This document shows, piece by piece, positions 39,855 through 49,947 of a stretch of DNA of 64,000 bases (positions are counted from its first letter, which is position 1; the number at the start of each line of letters is the position of its first letter). This stretch comes from an uncultured delta proteobacterium (GTDB lineage Bacteria > Desulfobacterota > Binatia > UBA9968). The notes beneath the pieces are model-generated. The model did no database searches. It saw only the letters and a program-made list of their open reading frames with translations, and was not told the origin of the DNA. The stretch is taken from NCBI GenBank assembly GCA_963816145.1, contig CAWFJP010000017.1:192001-256000 (forward strand), in the 5' to 3' direction. The position numbers and the translations under genes were made by a program.

Positions 39855-40433
39855 TTACTTGGCTGGATATAGCGTGGTGTCAACTATCTCGCAGATCACA
39901 TGGCCGATCAAAATATGGCTCTCTTGAATACGCGCAGTGTCTGTACTGGCGCCGACGTTGAGAAGATAATCCACTTCGTTAGCCATCTTGCCACCGCCGC
40001 CGCCGGTAAGCCCGATCGTGCGAATGTTAGCCTGCTTGCAGACGGTCAACGCGGCAAGGACATTGGCGGAATTGCCGCTGGTTGAGATCGCGATCGCGAC
40101 ATCGCCGGGCTTGCCGAGTGCCTGCACTTGTTTGGCGAACACCTGGGTGTAATCGTAATCATTGGCGATGCTGGTGAGCGCTGATGAATCGGTGGTCAGC
40201 GCGATGGCGGGCAGGGGTGGTCGTTCGACCCGAAAGCGATTGACAAATTCCGCGGCGATATGTTGGGCGTCGGCGGCGCTGCCGCCGTTGCCGAAAAGCA
40301 GCAGTTTGTTACCCACTTGGAGCGCCGCGACAACGGCATCGATAACCTTGATGAGAATATCGACATTGTCCCGTAAGAAAGCTTGCTTGACCCGGATGCT
40401 GTCGGCGAAAGCCGCGTTGATGACGTCCTTCAT
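39855..40433 (-). CDS. gmhA: Phosphoheptose isomerase
   Basis: GNGGSAADAQH, IANDY, ISTSGNS and RIQESH motifs. Confidence 0.95.
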   Translation of the reverse strand: MKDVINAAFADSIRVKQAFLRDNVDILIKVIDAVVAALQVGNKLLLFGNGGSAADAQHIAAEFVNRFRVERPPLPAIALTTDSSALTSIANDYDYTQVFAKQVQALGKPGDVAIAISTSGNSANVLAALTVCKQANIRTIGLTGGGGGKMANEVDYLLNVGASTDTARIQESHILIGHVICEIVDTTLYPAK

Positions 40434-40459
40434 TGCTTTTTCTCGTATTGTTTCGCCAT

Positions 40460-40711
40460 CTAGCCTGGCACGCCGCCTTTGACCATCGCTTGATTAGACC
40501 AGTCACGGATGATCTGTTCTTCGTCGGCGCACTCGATTTGCGAACCGCCTTTCTTGCGGTCGAGCGAGGGCTGATACTTCTCGATATGGTCTTTACGAAT
40601 ATCTTCGACGAATAATATTTTGACGACCGAGATGCCTTCGCCGTCGATCCAGCGGTCATAGCTCGACTTGGCGCCTTCGGGGACTTCCCAGGAGTATTGT
40701 GACTCAGCCAT
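40460..40711 (-). pseudogene. Internally deleted remnant of a cupin-type protein gene
   Basis: N-terminal SYDRWIDGEGISVV...VEDIR joined directly to C-terminal KKGGSQIECADEEQIIR. The family is recalled from memory, not searched. Confidence 0.5.
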
Positions 40712-40774
40712 GTGATTTTCCTGTTGCAAGCGTGGGAATTTTTATCACAGAGCCGGCGGCGATAAAAGCTCGCT

Positions 40775-41974
40775 TCAAGATCGGTAGAATTTTGCAATTG
40801 CAGCGACAACGGTCTCTTGTTGCTCCACCGTCAACTCCGGATATAGCGGCAACGCCAGCACTTGCTTTGCGACCAGTTCAGCATGGGGGAAATCACCCTG
40901 CTTATGGCCAAGGTCGGCGAAACACTTCTGCAAATGCAGCGGCAGGGGATAATAGATCTCACTTTGGATGCCCAATTCGGCGAGAAACTTCTTGAGTTGG
41001 TCGCGGCGCTCGGCGCGGATGCAGTAATTGTTAAACACGTGCGACTTGTCCGTCGTCCCTGGCGGGATCGCCGGCAGCTGTTTGCCGACCAGCCCGCTGC
41101 CCATGAAAAGTAGCCGGTAGGTTCCGGCGCGTACGATTCGCGCGGCACACCAGCTTTCCAAATACTTCAACTTCACCGACAGCACCGCCGCCTGCAGCGA
41201 ATCGAGGCGCGAGTTGAGGCCGGTGACCTCGTGGTGATACTTGGTGCTTTCGCCATGCATGCGCAGCATTCTTAGACGAGCGGTTAATTCCTGCGAATGG
41301 CCGCTCACCAAGCCGCCGTCACCGAAACCGCCCAAATTCTTGCTCGGAAAAAACGAGAAGCAACCGAGAGCGCCGATGGTGCCGGCAAACATTTCTTTGC
41401 CCGCGATGTTTAGCCGTGCGCCACAGGCCTGGGCGACATCTTCGACGATTTGTAGATTAAATTCCTTAGCTACTGGCACTAGAGAATTCATCTTGCAAAC
41501 TTGGCCGAACAGGTGAACCGGCAAGAGGGCTTTGATGCGTGCGCCGGTTTTAGTATCGACGGTCTTGCCTTGCTTGTTTTTGCTGCGCTCGCGGAGAAAT
41601 TCTTGAAGCTTAACTGTTGAGAGCAAATAGGAATCGCTATCGATGTCGACGAATAACGGCGAGGCACCGAGGCGCGTGATCGACGAAACCGTGGAGAAAA
41701 ACGTAAACGGCGTAGTGATGACCGCATCGCCGGGGCCGACGCCGAGCGCCATCAGCGCCAAGAGCAAGGCGTCGCTGCCGGAGGCAACGCCGACGGTGTG
41801 CTCACAGCCAAGAAAGGCGCTCATTTCGTTTTCAAATTGGTTGACCGCAGGGCCGAGGATGAATTGCTGGGATTCCACGACTGCGTCGATGGCGCTCCGC
41901 ACTTGCTCGCGAATCGCGGCGTATTGTGCGCGCAGGTCGATGATTGGAATGTCGTAGAGACTTGGATTAGACAC
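40775..41974 (-). CDS. DegT/DnrJ/EryC1/StrS PLP-dependent sugar aminotransferase
   Basis: FILGP, PVHLFGQ, EDVAQA, SFFPSKNLG and NSRLD motifs. Confidence 0.93.
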   Translation of the reverse strand: MSNPSLYDIPIIDLRAQYAAIREQVRSAIDAVVESQQFILGPAVNQFENEMSAFLGCEHTVGVASGSDALLLALMALGVGPGDAVITTPFTFFSTVSSITRLGASPLFVDIDSDSYLLSTVKLQEFLRERSKNKQGKTVDTKTGARIKALLPVHLFGQVCKMNSLVPVAKEFNLQIVEDVAQACGARLNIAGKEMFAGTIGALGCFSFFPSKNLGGFGDGGLVSGHSQELTARLRMLRMHGESTKYHHEVTGLNSRLDSLQAAVLSVKLKYLESWCAARIVRAGTYRLLFMGSGLVGKQLPAIPPGTTDKSHVFNNYCIRAERRDQLKKFLAELGIQSEIYYPLPLHLQKCFADLGHKQGDFPHAELVAKQVLALPLYPELTVEQQETVVAAIAKFYRS

Positions 41975-43370
41975 TGGTTTTAGTTGCGGGGGAACGTCCC
42001 TTCAAGGCGTTTTCGGCGACTTCGGAAAGCAGTTGATCCTGGTCGTGATTAAGCGCGAAGACCCGAAACTGGACGATCTTAGACGGAATGAATTCGAATA
42101 ACTCGGCTAACGACTCTTTGGCGATCTCACCGCTCGACGGGTCGTAAATGTGAATTTGCTTCTTGCCCATGGCGAAGGGATTCTCCGGCCGCGGATCTTG
42201 GGTCGCCATGTCGACGCGGAATGTCAAATCGCGCAGCGCCGCGGGTAAACCGGCGCGAATCCGTTTCTCCCAGTCGGTGTCTTGGATCAAGTCAACGCCG
42301 TAGTGCAGCTCGTTGAGCGAGAGCGTGCGATCGTAGGCCATCTTCCATTTTACCTCACGATGGAGCACGGTTTCCCACTCCTTGCCGAGCGCCTCGCGCT
42401 CGCTTTTCTGGCGCCGCCAACGGGAGACTTCTTCCAAGAGCGACCAGTCGGTCAAGTAAAGATAGTCGTCCATATGCTCCAGGGGATTGCCCGGAAACAA
42501 TAGTTTCATGGTCTCGGGAAAGATATCGCGCAGGTGTAAGTCGATCGCCCGGGTGGTGCGATGGTAGTAGACGTTGGTGTAAAGGTAGAGCCGGGCATTG
42601 AGAAAAGTGGTCAGCGCATTATTGCCGGCTTTGTGAACCGTGAGCCCCTTGGGCGTGAAGAAGGTGTAATGAATCAAGCGCTCGCGATCTACCGGTCCGG
42701 GATGAACGCCGCACATGTAGGAGTCGCGTGAGACGTAATCCAAATTGTCGAAGGTGAAAATGCCGCCTGTCAATGGTTGGAGGAAGCGTACCCATTTGGG
42801 TTTGCGATTATCTTCCTTGCCGTTCTTCTTGATCGGGAACGCGATATCCTCGGGGCGCAATTCTTCGCCGCTGGCGAATGGGCCGCTCGGGCTGCGGCGC
42901 AGTTGTCTAATGATATCGCCCAAGTATTTTTGAATGATCGTCTGTCCCAAATCCTCGTGGGTCAGATCGTAGTGATGGAGAAAATTATCGTCGAAAAAAT
43001 GGCCGAAGGGACCATGACCGATGTCGTGCAGCAGGCCGACGACACGCATGTACTGCTCGATGTAAGGAGCCGAAGGGCAGTCGTCGCCCAAAACTTTGCG
43101 CAGTGATGGGTAAAGGTGCTTGGCGAATTCCCCCGCCATATGCATGGCGCCCAAGGAATGTTGAAATCGACTATGTTCCGCCGACGGGTAAACCCAGCGG
43201 GCGCTTTGCAATTGGTAAATGTAGCGCAACCGCTGCACCCAGGGCGAATCGATCAGCGCTTTTTCAGTCACATCGCCTTTGTTTTCCGGCACGGTGAACT
43301 GAATGTAGCGGTGAATTGGGTCAGCGATCAGCGCCGTACCGCCGAATTCGTTGTCGATCAATTGTGCCAT
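41967..43370 (-). CDS. HD-domain phosphohydrolase (SAMHD1/YwfO-like dNTP triphosphohydrolase family)
   Basis: DPIH, QRLRYIYQL, HSRFQHSLG, LLHDIGHGPFGH, DNLDYVSRD and VYYH motifs. Confidence 0.88.
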   Translation of the reverse strand: MAQLIDNEFGGTALIADPIHRYIQFTVPENKGDVTEKALIDSPWVQRLRYIYQLQSARWVYPSAEHSRFQHSLGAMHMAGEFAKHLYPSLRKVLGDDCPSAPYIEQYMRVVGLLHDIGHGPFGHFFDDNFLHHYDLTHEDLGQTIIQKYLGDIIRQLRRSPSGPFASGEELRPEDIAFPIKKNGKEDNRKPKWVRFLQPLTGGIFTFDNLDYVSRDSYMCGVHPGPVDRERLIHYTFFTPKGLTVHKAGNNALTTFLNARLYLYTNVYYHRTTRAIDLHLRDIFPETMKLLFPGNPLEHMDDYLYLTDWSLLEEVSRWRRQKSEREALGKEWETVLHREVKWKMAYDRTLSLNELHYGVDLIQDTDWEKRIRAGLPAALRDLTFRVDMATQDPRPENPFAMGKKQIHIYDPSSGEIAKESLAELFEFIPSKIVQFRVFALNHDQDQLLSEVAENALKGRSPATKTSV

Positions 43371-43447
43371 CTCTCCGCTTTGCTCAGAATGACAAATTAA
43401 AGATTTCAGATTCCAAAATATGCACTGCGCTCTTCCGCGCAACTCGC

Positions 43448-43873
43448 TTACAGTTCGAAGATCACCTGGGCGATCCATTGGTTCCCGGTCTTCTGCATTC
43501 CGCTCTTGTGTTCCGCCACGGTGGCGATTTCCTGTTTGATCTCGTGGCGATCGGGATCGATCTTCTCGCCGCACACTTCGGCTTTCACGATGGTATCTTT
43601 GACCTCGGTGATTTTGAATTCTTTGAGCAAGTAGCCGCCGGCCTGGTACAGATAGAGTAGCTCACGCAGCCAATTGACGATCAATTCATCGCGGTCGGCT
43701 CCCTCGACCTCGAGTGGCAGGTGTTCTTTCACTTCGATCTCACTCGCGTTGGCCATGACATCGAACAGCGCGCAGCCCGAGTTCATAAACAGGTCCGCCT
43801 GAGAGTTGCCGGTGATGCGCACAGCCAATTCGTTTTGGTGTTTGGTGATGCGGTATTTGTTCTGGTTGTCCAT
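43448..43873 (-). CDS. Archease-like protein with substituted conserved residues
   Basis: Size and pattern (LIVNWLRELLY, GEKID, VIFEL) match archease. Confidence 0.8.
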   Translation of the reverse strand: MDNQNKYRITKHQNELAVRITGNSQADLFMNSGCALFDVMANASEIEVKEHLPLEVEGADRDELIVNWLRELLYLYQAGGYLLKEFKITEVKDTIVKAEVCGEKIDPDRHEIKQEIATVAEHKSGMQKTGNQWIAQVIFEL

Positions 43874-43879
43874 GATCGA

Positions 43880-44185
43880 TCAGCCTTTAGAATCAAGCTC
43901 GGGCGGTGTCTCGTCCTCCAGGTTTTGGTCTACTATAGATCGCCGTCCAGCGACATCGTCATCCAATAATCGGCGAATCTCCGGGCGGTCATAACAATCA
44001 ATACAACTAAGAATATCGGTCGGATGAGTTAATCTAAGGTATCTTGTGGGTGGTGCGTCGGTTTTCGGATTGACGAGAACGTCCCATTCGCTGTGGCCAG
44101 TGTGTAGGCGATAGTAATCGACCCCGTAACTCTTCTGCGTATGAACGGTGCCGCGAACTGCTCTGCCGCAGTGAAAACACTGCAT
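43880..44185 (-). CDS. Hypothetical zinc-binding protein
   Basis: CFHC and CIDC pairs; tightly spaced in the operon. Confidence 0.6.
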   Translation of the reverse strand: MQCFHCGRAVRGTVHTQKSYGVDYYRLHTGHSEWDVLVNPKTDAPPTRYLRLTHPTDILSCIDCYDRPEIRRLLDDDVAGRRSIVDQNLEDETPPELDSKG

Positions 44186-44195
44186 GGTCTTCTAT

Positions 44196-44945
44196 TTATA
44201 CCCGGTTTATCAGGCTCGCCGCAAACCCCGCGCCGAAGCCGTTGTCGATATTTACCACGGTTACGCCGGCGGCACAGGAGTTGAGCATGCCTAGCAGCGC
44301 CGATAGTCCATGAAAACTGGCGCCATAGCCAACACTCGTCGGTACTGCAACGACTGGTTTGGCGACCAAACCGGCGACCACACTCGGTAGCGCACCTTCC
44401 ATGCCGGCGACCACGATTAGTACCGACGCGGCATCGAGTTTGGCGCGATTGCCGAGCAACCGATGGATTCCGGCGACACCGACATCGAAGAGCCGCTCGA
44501 CTTTGTTGCCCATCATTGTCGCCGTCACGACTGCCTCCTCGGCAACCGGGATGTCCGATGTGCCAGCGGAAACCACCAAAATCGTGCCTTTCCCAGTGGC
44601 ACGAATTGGCTTAGCCGACCAGGTCGCGGCATGCGCCACGGGATAAAGTTTCACGCTGAGGCGGTAGCGTCTGAGTTGCTCGATCTTGTGATCATCTAAC
44701 CGGGTGATCAGAACATTACTCTTGCGCCGCTGCATGACCCGCACGATGGCGGCGATGTCCTTGGCTTGCTTTCCCTGGCCCATGACTACTTCGGGAAAAC
44801 CTTGGCGCAATGCTCGATGGTGGTCGATTTTGGCATAACCGAGATCTTCAAAAGGCAGATCGCGCAGCCGCTGCAATGCCTGAGAGATAGTGACTTTGCT
44901 CCGCTGCACGTGTACGAGAAGTTTTTCGAGATCCTCGGTGTCCAT
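44196..44945 (-). CDS. larB: Nickel-pincer cofactor biosynthesis carboxylase/hydrolase
   Basis: DHHRALRQGFPEVV, AGTSDIPVAEEA, DVGVAGIHRL, AGMEGALPS, PTSVGYG and VNIDNGFGA motifs. Confidence 0.93.
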   Translation of the reverse strand: MDTEDLEKLLVHVQRSKVTISQALQRLRDLPFEDLGYAKIDHHRALRQGFPEVVMGQGKQAKDIAAIVRVMQRRKSNVLITRLDDHKIEQLRRYRLSVKLYPVAHAATWSAKPIRATGKGTILVVSAGTSDIPVAEEAVVTATMMGNKVERLFDVGVAGIHRLLGNRAKLDAASVLIVVAGMEGALPSVVAGLVAKPVVAVPTSVGYGASFHGLSALLGMLNSCAAGVTVVNIDNGFGAGFAASLINRV

Positions 44946-44988
44946 GTTAATCGGCAATCGCGGCGGTCATGATGGGTAATAGCGCATT

Positions 44989-46002
44989 CTAGCGATTCTT
45001 CCGGCGCCTCGGCCACTGCTTTTTGAAATGGTCGTGGCCCTGCGCTTTGACGGCAACCTCGGTGCCGGCAGTGTCGATCACTCGGATGCCGTTGGCGGCC
45101 GGCTTGCAGGTACCGATTCGGGAGATTAGGACTCCGGCTTGCTTGCCGAGTGTTTCAATCCGCTTTCTTTGCTCCGGCGCCGCACAGAAAAGCAGCTCGT
45201 AGTCATCGCCCCCGCTTAAGGCGTGGCGCATACCGATTTTTCCCGCCAGCGCGAGAAAGGCGCTCGACAATGGCAATTTTTTTTGTTGGATGTTCGCACC
45301 GACACCGCTAGCTTGGCAAATATGGCTCAAGTCCTGAATCAGTCCATCGCTGACATCAATCATCGCCGTCGCCAGATTTCGCCGTGCCAAGAGTGCGCCG
45401 GCCGCGAGCCGCGGCGTCGGCCGGTGAAGGCGCTTAAGTAAGTGTGCTTCAGCTCGGCTTTGCGGTCGACGTTTGTGTCGTAGCAGGTTCAAAGCAAGGG
45501 CGGCGTCGCCAAGGGTGCCGGTCACGTAGATATCGTCGCCGACATGGGCGCCGCTGCGGCTAATCGGTTTCTTGGGCGGATGACCAATGAGACAAACCGA
45601 GATGAGCAACGAACCCGCTGCGTTGGTGTCTCCACCAACGATGGTGACACCATGCTTTTTTGCCAGACCGTTGATGCCGCGGTAGAGTTTGTCGATTTTA
45701 TCAGTGTCGAAGTTTGCCGGAATGCCGAGGGAGAGCATGACGTAAGCAGGCGTGCCTCCCATGGCAGCGATGTCGCTTAAATTAACCGCGAGCGATTTGT
45801 AGCCAAGGTCGGCGAGGGAAGTCCATTTGAGATCGAAGTGAATTCCCTCAATCAACAGATCGGCGGTGACAAGCGATGATCCCAGCGGATGATCGACCCA
45901 AGCGGCATCGTCGCCGATTCCGAGACGAACGCCACGGCTAACCGCAACCTGACGGCGGATTCTGTCGATAAGCCCGAATTCTCCCAACCGGCTTAGTCTC
46001 AT
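44989..46002 (-). CDS. thiL: Thiamine-monophosphate kinase
   Basis: GEFGLI, GIGDDAA, NLSDIAAMG, GGDT, IDVSDGL and GGDDYEL motifs. Confidence 0.95.
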   Translation of the reverse strand: MRLSRLGEFGLIDRIRRQVAVSRGVRLGIGDDAAWVDHPLGSSLVTADLLIEGIHFDLKWTSLADLGYKSLAVNLSDIAAMGGTPAYVMLSLGIPANFDTDKIDKLYRGINGLAKKHGVTIVGGDTNAAGSLLISVCLIGHPPKKPISRSGAHVGDDIYVTGTLGDAALALNLLRHKRRPQSRAEAHLLKRLHRPTPRLAAGALLARRNLATAMIDVSDGLIQDLSHICQASGVGANIQQKKLPLSSAFLALAGKIGMRHALSGGDDYELLFCAAPEQRKRIETLGKQAGVLISRIGTCKPAANGIRVIDTAGTEVAVKAQGHDHFKKQWPRRRKNR

Positions 46003-46089
46003 GGAGTTAGGCTAGAGACGCCTCAGAAAGCGAGATTTCACTGCGTTGGGCATGATTTAAATGGGCGCCGCGATGACATCGTCACGTTT

Positions 46090-48585
46090 CTAGGGCCGTA
46101 GGGGAATCGACCGCTCCCGCGGTTTTTTCGTCACCGGAACGGGGCGCTTGGCCGATCGCTTTTTGCTGGCGTGAACACGGGCTCTTTCGGCCGTTGCACG
46201 AGACTTTCCAGTTGACTTTACCCGGTCAATCAACGCGACTTTCAGGACATCCGACATGTTCTTAGCGCATACCCAACGGAGCTTGCGCCGCAGCGGCTTG
46301 GGGATTTCATCGAGATCTTTTTCGTTTCGCTCGGGAATAAGAATCGTCTTTATGCCGGCACGGAACGCTGCGAGGGATTTCTCTTTAAGACCGCCAATCG
46401 GCAACACACGACCGCGCAGAGTAATTTCACCGGTCATGGCGACATCCCGATTCACCGCGCGTTTGGTCAAAGCTGAAATCAGCGCGGTTGCCATAGTGAT
46501 GCCAGCCGAGGGGCCGTCTTTGGGAATCGCTCCAGCTGGGACGTGAATATGGATGTCGAGCTTCTGGTAAAAATCTGCCTCGATGCCCAGCGTCTTGGCG
46601 TGAGCGCGAGCGTAGCTCACCGCCGCCTGTGCCGACTCCTTCATTACGTCGCCAAGTTGGCCGGTAAGCGTCAAGTTGCCGCGGCCGCGGGAGAGCGACG
46701 CCTCGACATAGAGAACCTCGCCTCCGGTGGTGGTCCACGCCAGACCGGTGGCAACGCCGATCTCGTGGTGCTCCTGTTCCGGTTCGGGCAAGAACTTTGG
46801 CGCGCCAAGAAAGCTATGCAGGTTTCCCCTTGTAACGCGGGTCAACTCGTCTTTGCCTTCGGCGAGTTTGCGCGCGACCTTGCGGCAGATCGAGGCAAAC
46901 TCTCGTTCGAGATTGCGCAGGCCGGCTTCCTTGGTGTACTCGGCGATGATGCGTAGTACTGCGTCGTCGGAAATTTCCAAGCGTTTGAACGCGATGCCGT
47001 TGTCATCGAGCTGGCGCGGGATAAGATACTTGCGAGCGATTTCAAGCTTTTCTTCGTTTGTGTAGCCCGATAGCTGAAGGACTTCCATGCGGTCCGCCAG
47101 TGCGGCCGGAATCGGATCGAGCAGGTTCGCCGTACAGATGAACAACACATTCGATAGATCGAAAGGCAAATTCAAGTAATGATCGCTAAACGCGTGATTC
47201 TGTTCCGGGTCCAAGACTTCCAACAGCGCTGCTGAAGGATCACCACGAAAATCGGCGCCGACTTTGTCGATTTCGTCAAGCATAAAAACCGGATTATTCG
47301 AACCTGATTGCTTGATACCCTGAATAATACGCCCAGGCAACGCGCCGACGTAGGTGCGCCGATGGCCGCGAATCTCCGCTTCATCACGCACACCACCGAG
47401 AGAAATGCGTACAAAATTTCGCCCGAGGGCACGGGCGATAGACCGTCCTAAAGAGGTCTTGCCGACGCCCGGAGGGCCGACGAAGCAGAGGATAGGACCT
47501 TTGATCTTACGCCTCAGTTTATTGACCGCGAGGTATTCGAGGATGCGTTCCTTAATCTTCTCGAGGTTGTAGTGATCCTCATCGAGAACCTGCTTGGCTT
47601 TGCGAATGTTCAGATTGTCCTTGGTTTTCTTGCTCCAAGGGAGTTCGACAAGCCAGTCCAGATAGGTGCGCACCAAGGAAGCTTCTGAGGATTCCGGATG
47701 CATTTGTTCCAGCCGGCGCAGTTGTTTGTCCGCTTCACGCTTCACATCCGGCGGCATCTTGGCTTTTTCGATCTGTTTTTTGACCTCGACAATTTCTTCA
47801 GCGCGTTCATCGCCCTCGCCAAGTTCTTGCTGGATTTGTTTGAGCTGCTCGCGCAGGTAATAGTCGCGCTGCGTCTTGCTCATTTCTTCTTTGGCTTGGT
47901 TTTGAATACGCGCCTGCATCGTGGAGAGTTCGAGCTCACGGGTAAGCAGCTCATTGACCTTTTTCAGCCGCTCGATGGGATCGAAGACTTCTAGGATCGC
48001 CTGGCTCTCGTCGATCTTCAGCCGCAGATTCGACGCCACCAAATCGGCGAGCACGCCAGGATCGCTGATGTTATCGGTCACCATGACGATTTCTGGTGGC
48101 AGGTTCTTCAGATTTAAAATCTGCTCGATCTTCTCCTTGGCGGAACGCATCAGCGCTTCGACCTCGATCGGTACTTCCGGCAACGTCGGTTCGATAACTT
48201 TTCGGATCTTGATTTCAAAGAACGGGCGCTCGCGCAGGTAGCTGTCGACCTCGCCCTTGGCCAAACCTTGGACGAGTATTTTCACCCGGCCGTCAGCCAA
48301 CTTGAGCATGCGCATGATCGACGCGATGGTGCCGACTTTGTGGATGTCCGCTGGATTGGGATTTTCCTCGGAGGAATTCTTTTGTGACACGAGAAAAATT
48401 AAACGGTCGCGCGACAGCGCTTCTTCGACGGCGCGAATCGAAATGTCGCGGCCAACGAACAGCGGCAACATCATGTACGGGTAAATAACGATGTCACGGA
48501 TCGGCAATAGTGGCAGGACCTCGGGAATCTCGACTTGAGTTCCTTTGTTATCTGGGCTCTCCACTTTCCATTCAACATCGCTCAT
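46090..48585 (-). CDS. lon: ATP-dependent protease La
   Basis: [35 protein letters not shown] and IGGLKEK motifs. Confidence 0.98.
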   Translation of the reverse strand: MSDVEWKVESPDNKGTQVEIPEVLPLLPIRDIVIYPYMMLPLFVGRDISIRAVEEALSRDRLIFLVSQKNSSEENPNPADIHKVGTIASIMRMLKLADGRVKILVQGLAKGEVDSYLRERPFFEIKIRKVIEPTLPEVPIEVEALMRSAKEKIEQILNLKNLPPEIVMVTDNISDPGVLADLVASNLRLKIDESQAILEVFDPIERLKKVNELLTRELELSTMQARIQNQAKEEMSKTQRDYYLREQLKQIQQELGEGDERAEEIVEVKKQIEKAKMPPDVKREADKQLRRLEQMHPESSEASLVRTYLDWLVELPWSKKTKDNLNIRKAKQVLDEDHYNLEKIKERILEYLAVNKLRRKIKGPILCFVGPPGVGKTSLGRSIARALGRNFVRISLGGVRDEAEIRGHRRTYVGALPGRIIQGIKQSGSNNPVFMLDEIDKVGADFRGDPSAALLEVLDPEQNHAFSDHYLNLPFDLSNVLFICTANLLDPIPAALADRMEVLQLSGYTNEEKLEIARKYLIPRQLDDNGIAFKRLEISDDAVLRIIAEYTKEAGLRNLEREFASICRKVARKLAEGKDELTRVTRGNLHSFLGAPKFLPEPEQEHHEIGVATGLAWTTTGGEVLYVEASLSRGRGNLTLTGQLGDVMKESAQAAVSYARAHAKTLGIEADFYQKLDIHIHVPAGAIPKDGPSAGITMATALISALTKRAVNRDVAMTGEITLRGRVLPIGGLKEKSLAAFRAGIKTILIPERNEKDLDEIPKPLRRKLRWVCAKNMSDVLKVALIDRVKSTGKSRATAERARVHASKKRSAKRPVPVTKKPRERSIPLRP

Positions 48586-48606
48586 GGGCACTCCAAATGA
48601 CCGCTT

Positions 48607-48635
48607 AACTTAATCACGTTGAATAGGGAGGTCAA
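48607..48635 (-). promoter_or_regulatory. Putative heat-shock promoter of lon
   Basis: Minus strand TTGAC-N12-CGTGATTAAGTT; same architecture as upstream of grpE. Confidence 0.6.
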
Positions 48636-48727
48636 CCGGAAACGAGCTCGGAGGCAGATTTATTTCACTTGGGTAAAGGCGGTGGACTCAAATGGAGCAG
48701 TTTGAGAATGACCCTGCAGGCACAAGT

Positions 48728-49843
48728 TTAATCGAACAGTTGCTTCATCTTCTCGAAAAACCCCTTCGACATGGGATTGACATCTTCGCCGCCGATGGCG
48801 GCAAATTCCTTGAGTAACTCTTTTTGCTTACTGGTCAAATGCGTCGGCGTCTCCACTGTGACGCGGACATGCTGATCGCCCTGCTGAAATCCCTGCACGT
48901 CTTTGACTCCTCGGCCTTTCATGCGGAACACTTTTCCAGATTGCGTGCCGCCGGGAATCTTCATCTTCACTTTACCATCGAGGGTCGGCACGTCGATTTC
49001 CGCGCCCAAGGCGGCTTGGACGAAACTGATCGGCACGTCGCATAAGATATCGAGATTCTCGCGCACGAAAATCGGGTGCGATTCTACCTGGATGACAACG
49101 TAGAGATCGCCAGGGCTGCCGCCAACTGGACCGGTTTCACCTTCGCCGCGCAGTTTCAATCGCGACCCGGTGTCGACTCCGGCGGGAATTTTTACACTCA
49201 GTGTATGCATCGCGCGCACCCGCCCGGCGCCGCCGCAGGTGGCGCAAGGATCTTTGATAATAGATCCTTGGCCTTGGCATTGATTACAGGTGCGCGAGAC
49301 GCTGAAAAAGCCTTGTTGAAAAGCGACTTGGCCGCGGCCACGGCAAGTCGGACACGTTTGTGGCGTAGTTCCTGCTTTGGCGCCATTGCCGCGGCAGGTC
49401 TCGCAGGTGCCGTGGCGTGGGATTTTGATTTTTTTTTCCGTGCCAGAAACCGATTCCTCGAATTTTAGAGAGAGATTGTAGCGAAGATCTTCACCGCGTG
49501 AGTGGCCTCGCCGCCGCCCGCCGCCACCGAAAAATTCGCCGAAAATGTCGCCGAAAACATCTTCAAAGCCGCCGGAGAAGTCAAAACCGCCGCCCGCAAA
49601 CGGCCCACTATCACCGAATGCGGCGTGGCCAAACTGATCGTACTGAGCACGCTTCTGCGGGTCGGATAAAACTGAATAGGCTTCGGAAATATCCTTGAAT
49701 TTTTCTTCCGCCTGCTTGTCGCCTGGATTGCGATCAGGGTGATATTGCAGTGCCAGCTTACGATAAGCCTTTTTTAAGTCATCCTCGCTAGCGTTACGGT
49801 TGACTGCGAGTAGCTCGTAGTAGTCTTTCTTAGCAGCAGCCAA
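48728..49843 (-). CDS. dnaJ: Chaperone DnaJ
   Basis: J domain HPD, G/F region and four CxxCxGxG repeats. Confidence 0.98.
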   Translation of the reverse strand: MAAAKKDYYELLAVNRNASEDDLKKAYRKLALQYHPDRNPGDKQAEEKFKDISEAYSVLSDPQKRAQYDQFGHAAFGDSGPFAGGGFDFSGGFEDVFGDIFGEFFGGGGRRRGHSRGEDLRYNLSLKFEESVSGTEKKIKIPRHGTCETCRGNGAKAGTTPQTCPTCRGRGQVAFQQGFFSVSRTCNQCQGQGSIIKDPCATCGGAGRVRAMHTLSVKIPAGVDTGSRLKLRGEGETGPVGGSPGDLYVVIQVESHPIFVRENLDILCDVPISFVQAALGAEIDVPTLDGKVKMKIPGGTQSGKVFRMKGRGVKDVQGFQQGDQHVRVTVETPTHLTSKQKELLKEFAAIGGEDVNPMSKGFFEKMKQLFD

Positions 49844-49882
49844 GGGTTATCCTCGTGTAGTTCTCAACCGGAATGAGCAACA

Positions 49883-49917
49883 AAGCCCCTCTCCACGAAT
49901 TTCGGGAGCAGGGGCTT
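49883..49917 (-). terminator. Stem-loop between dnaK and dnaJ
   Basis: AAGCCCCT-CTCC...GGAG-C-AGGGGCTT imperfect hairpin. Confidence 0.55.
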
Positions 49918-49947
49918 CGTTTGAATGAATCTGTTTGGGCCCCGAAA

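Noticed and set aside
37549-43370. dCMP deaminase plus HD dNTPase considered as an anti-phage nucleotide-depletion system
   Set aside because: Both look like housekeeping-size family members embedded among core genes. The deaminase lacks the kinase-like fusion of defence dCTP deaminases.
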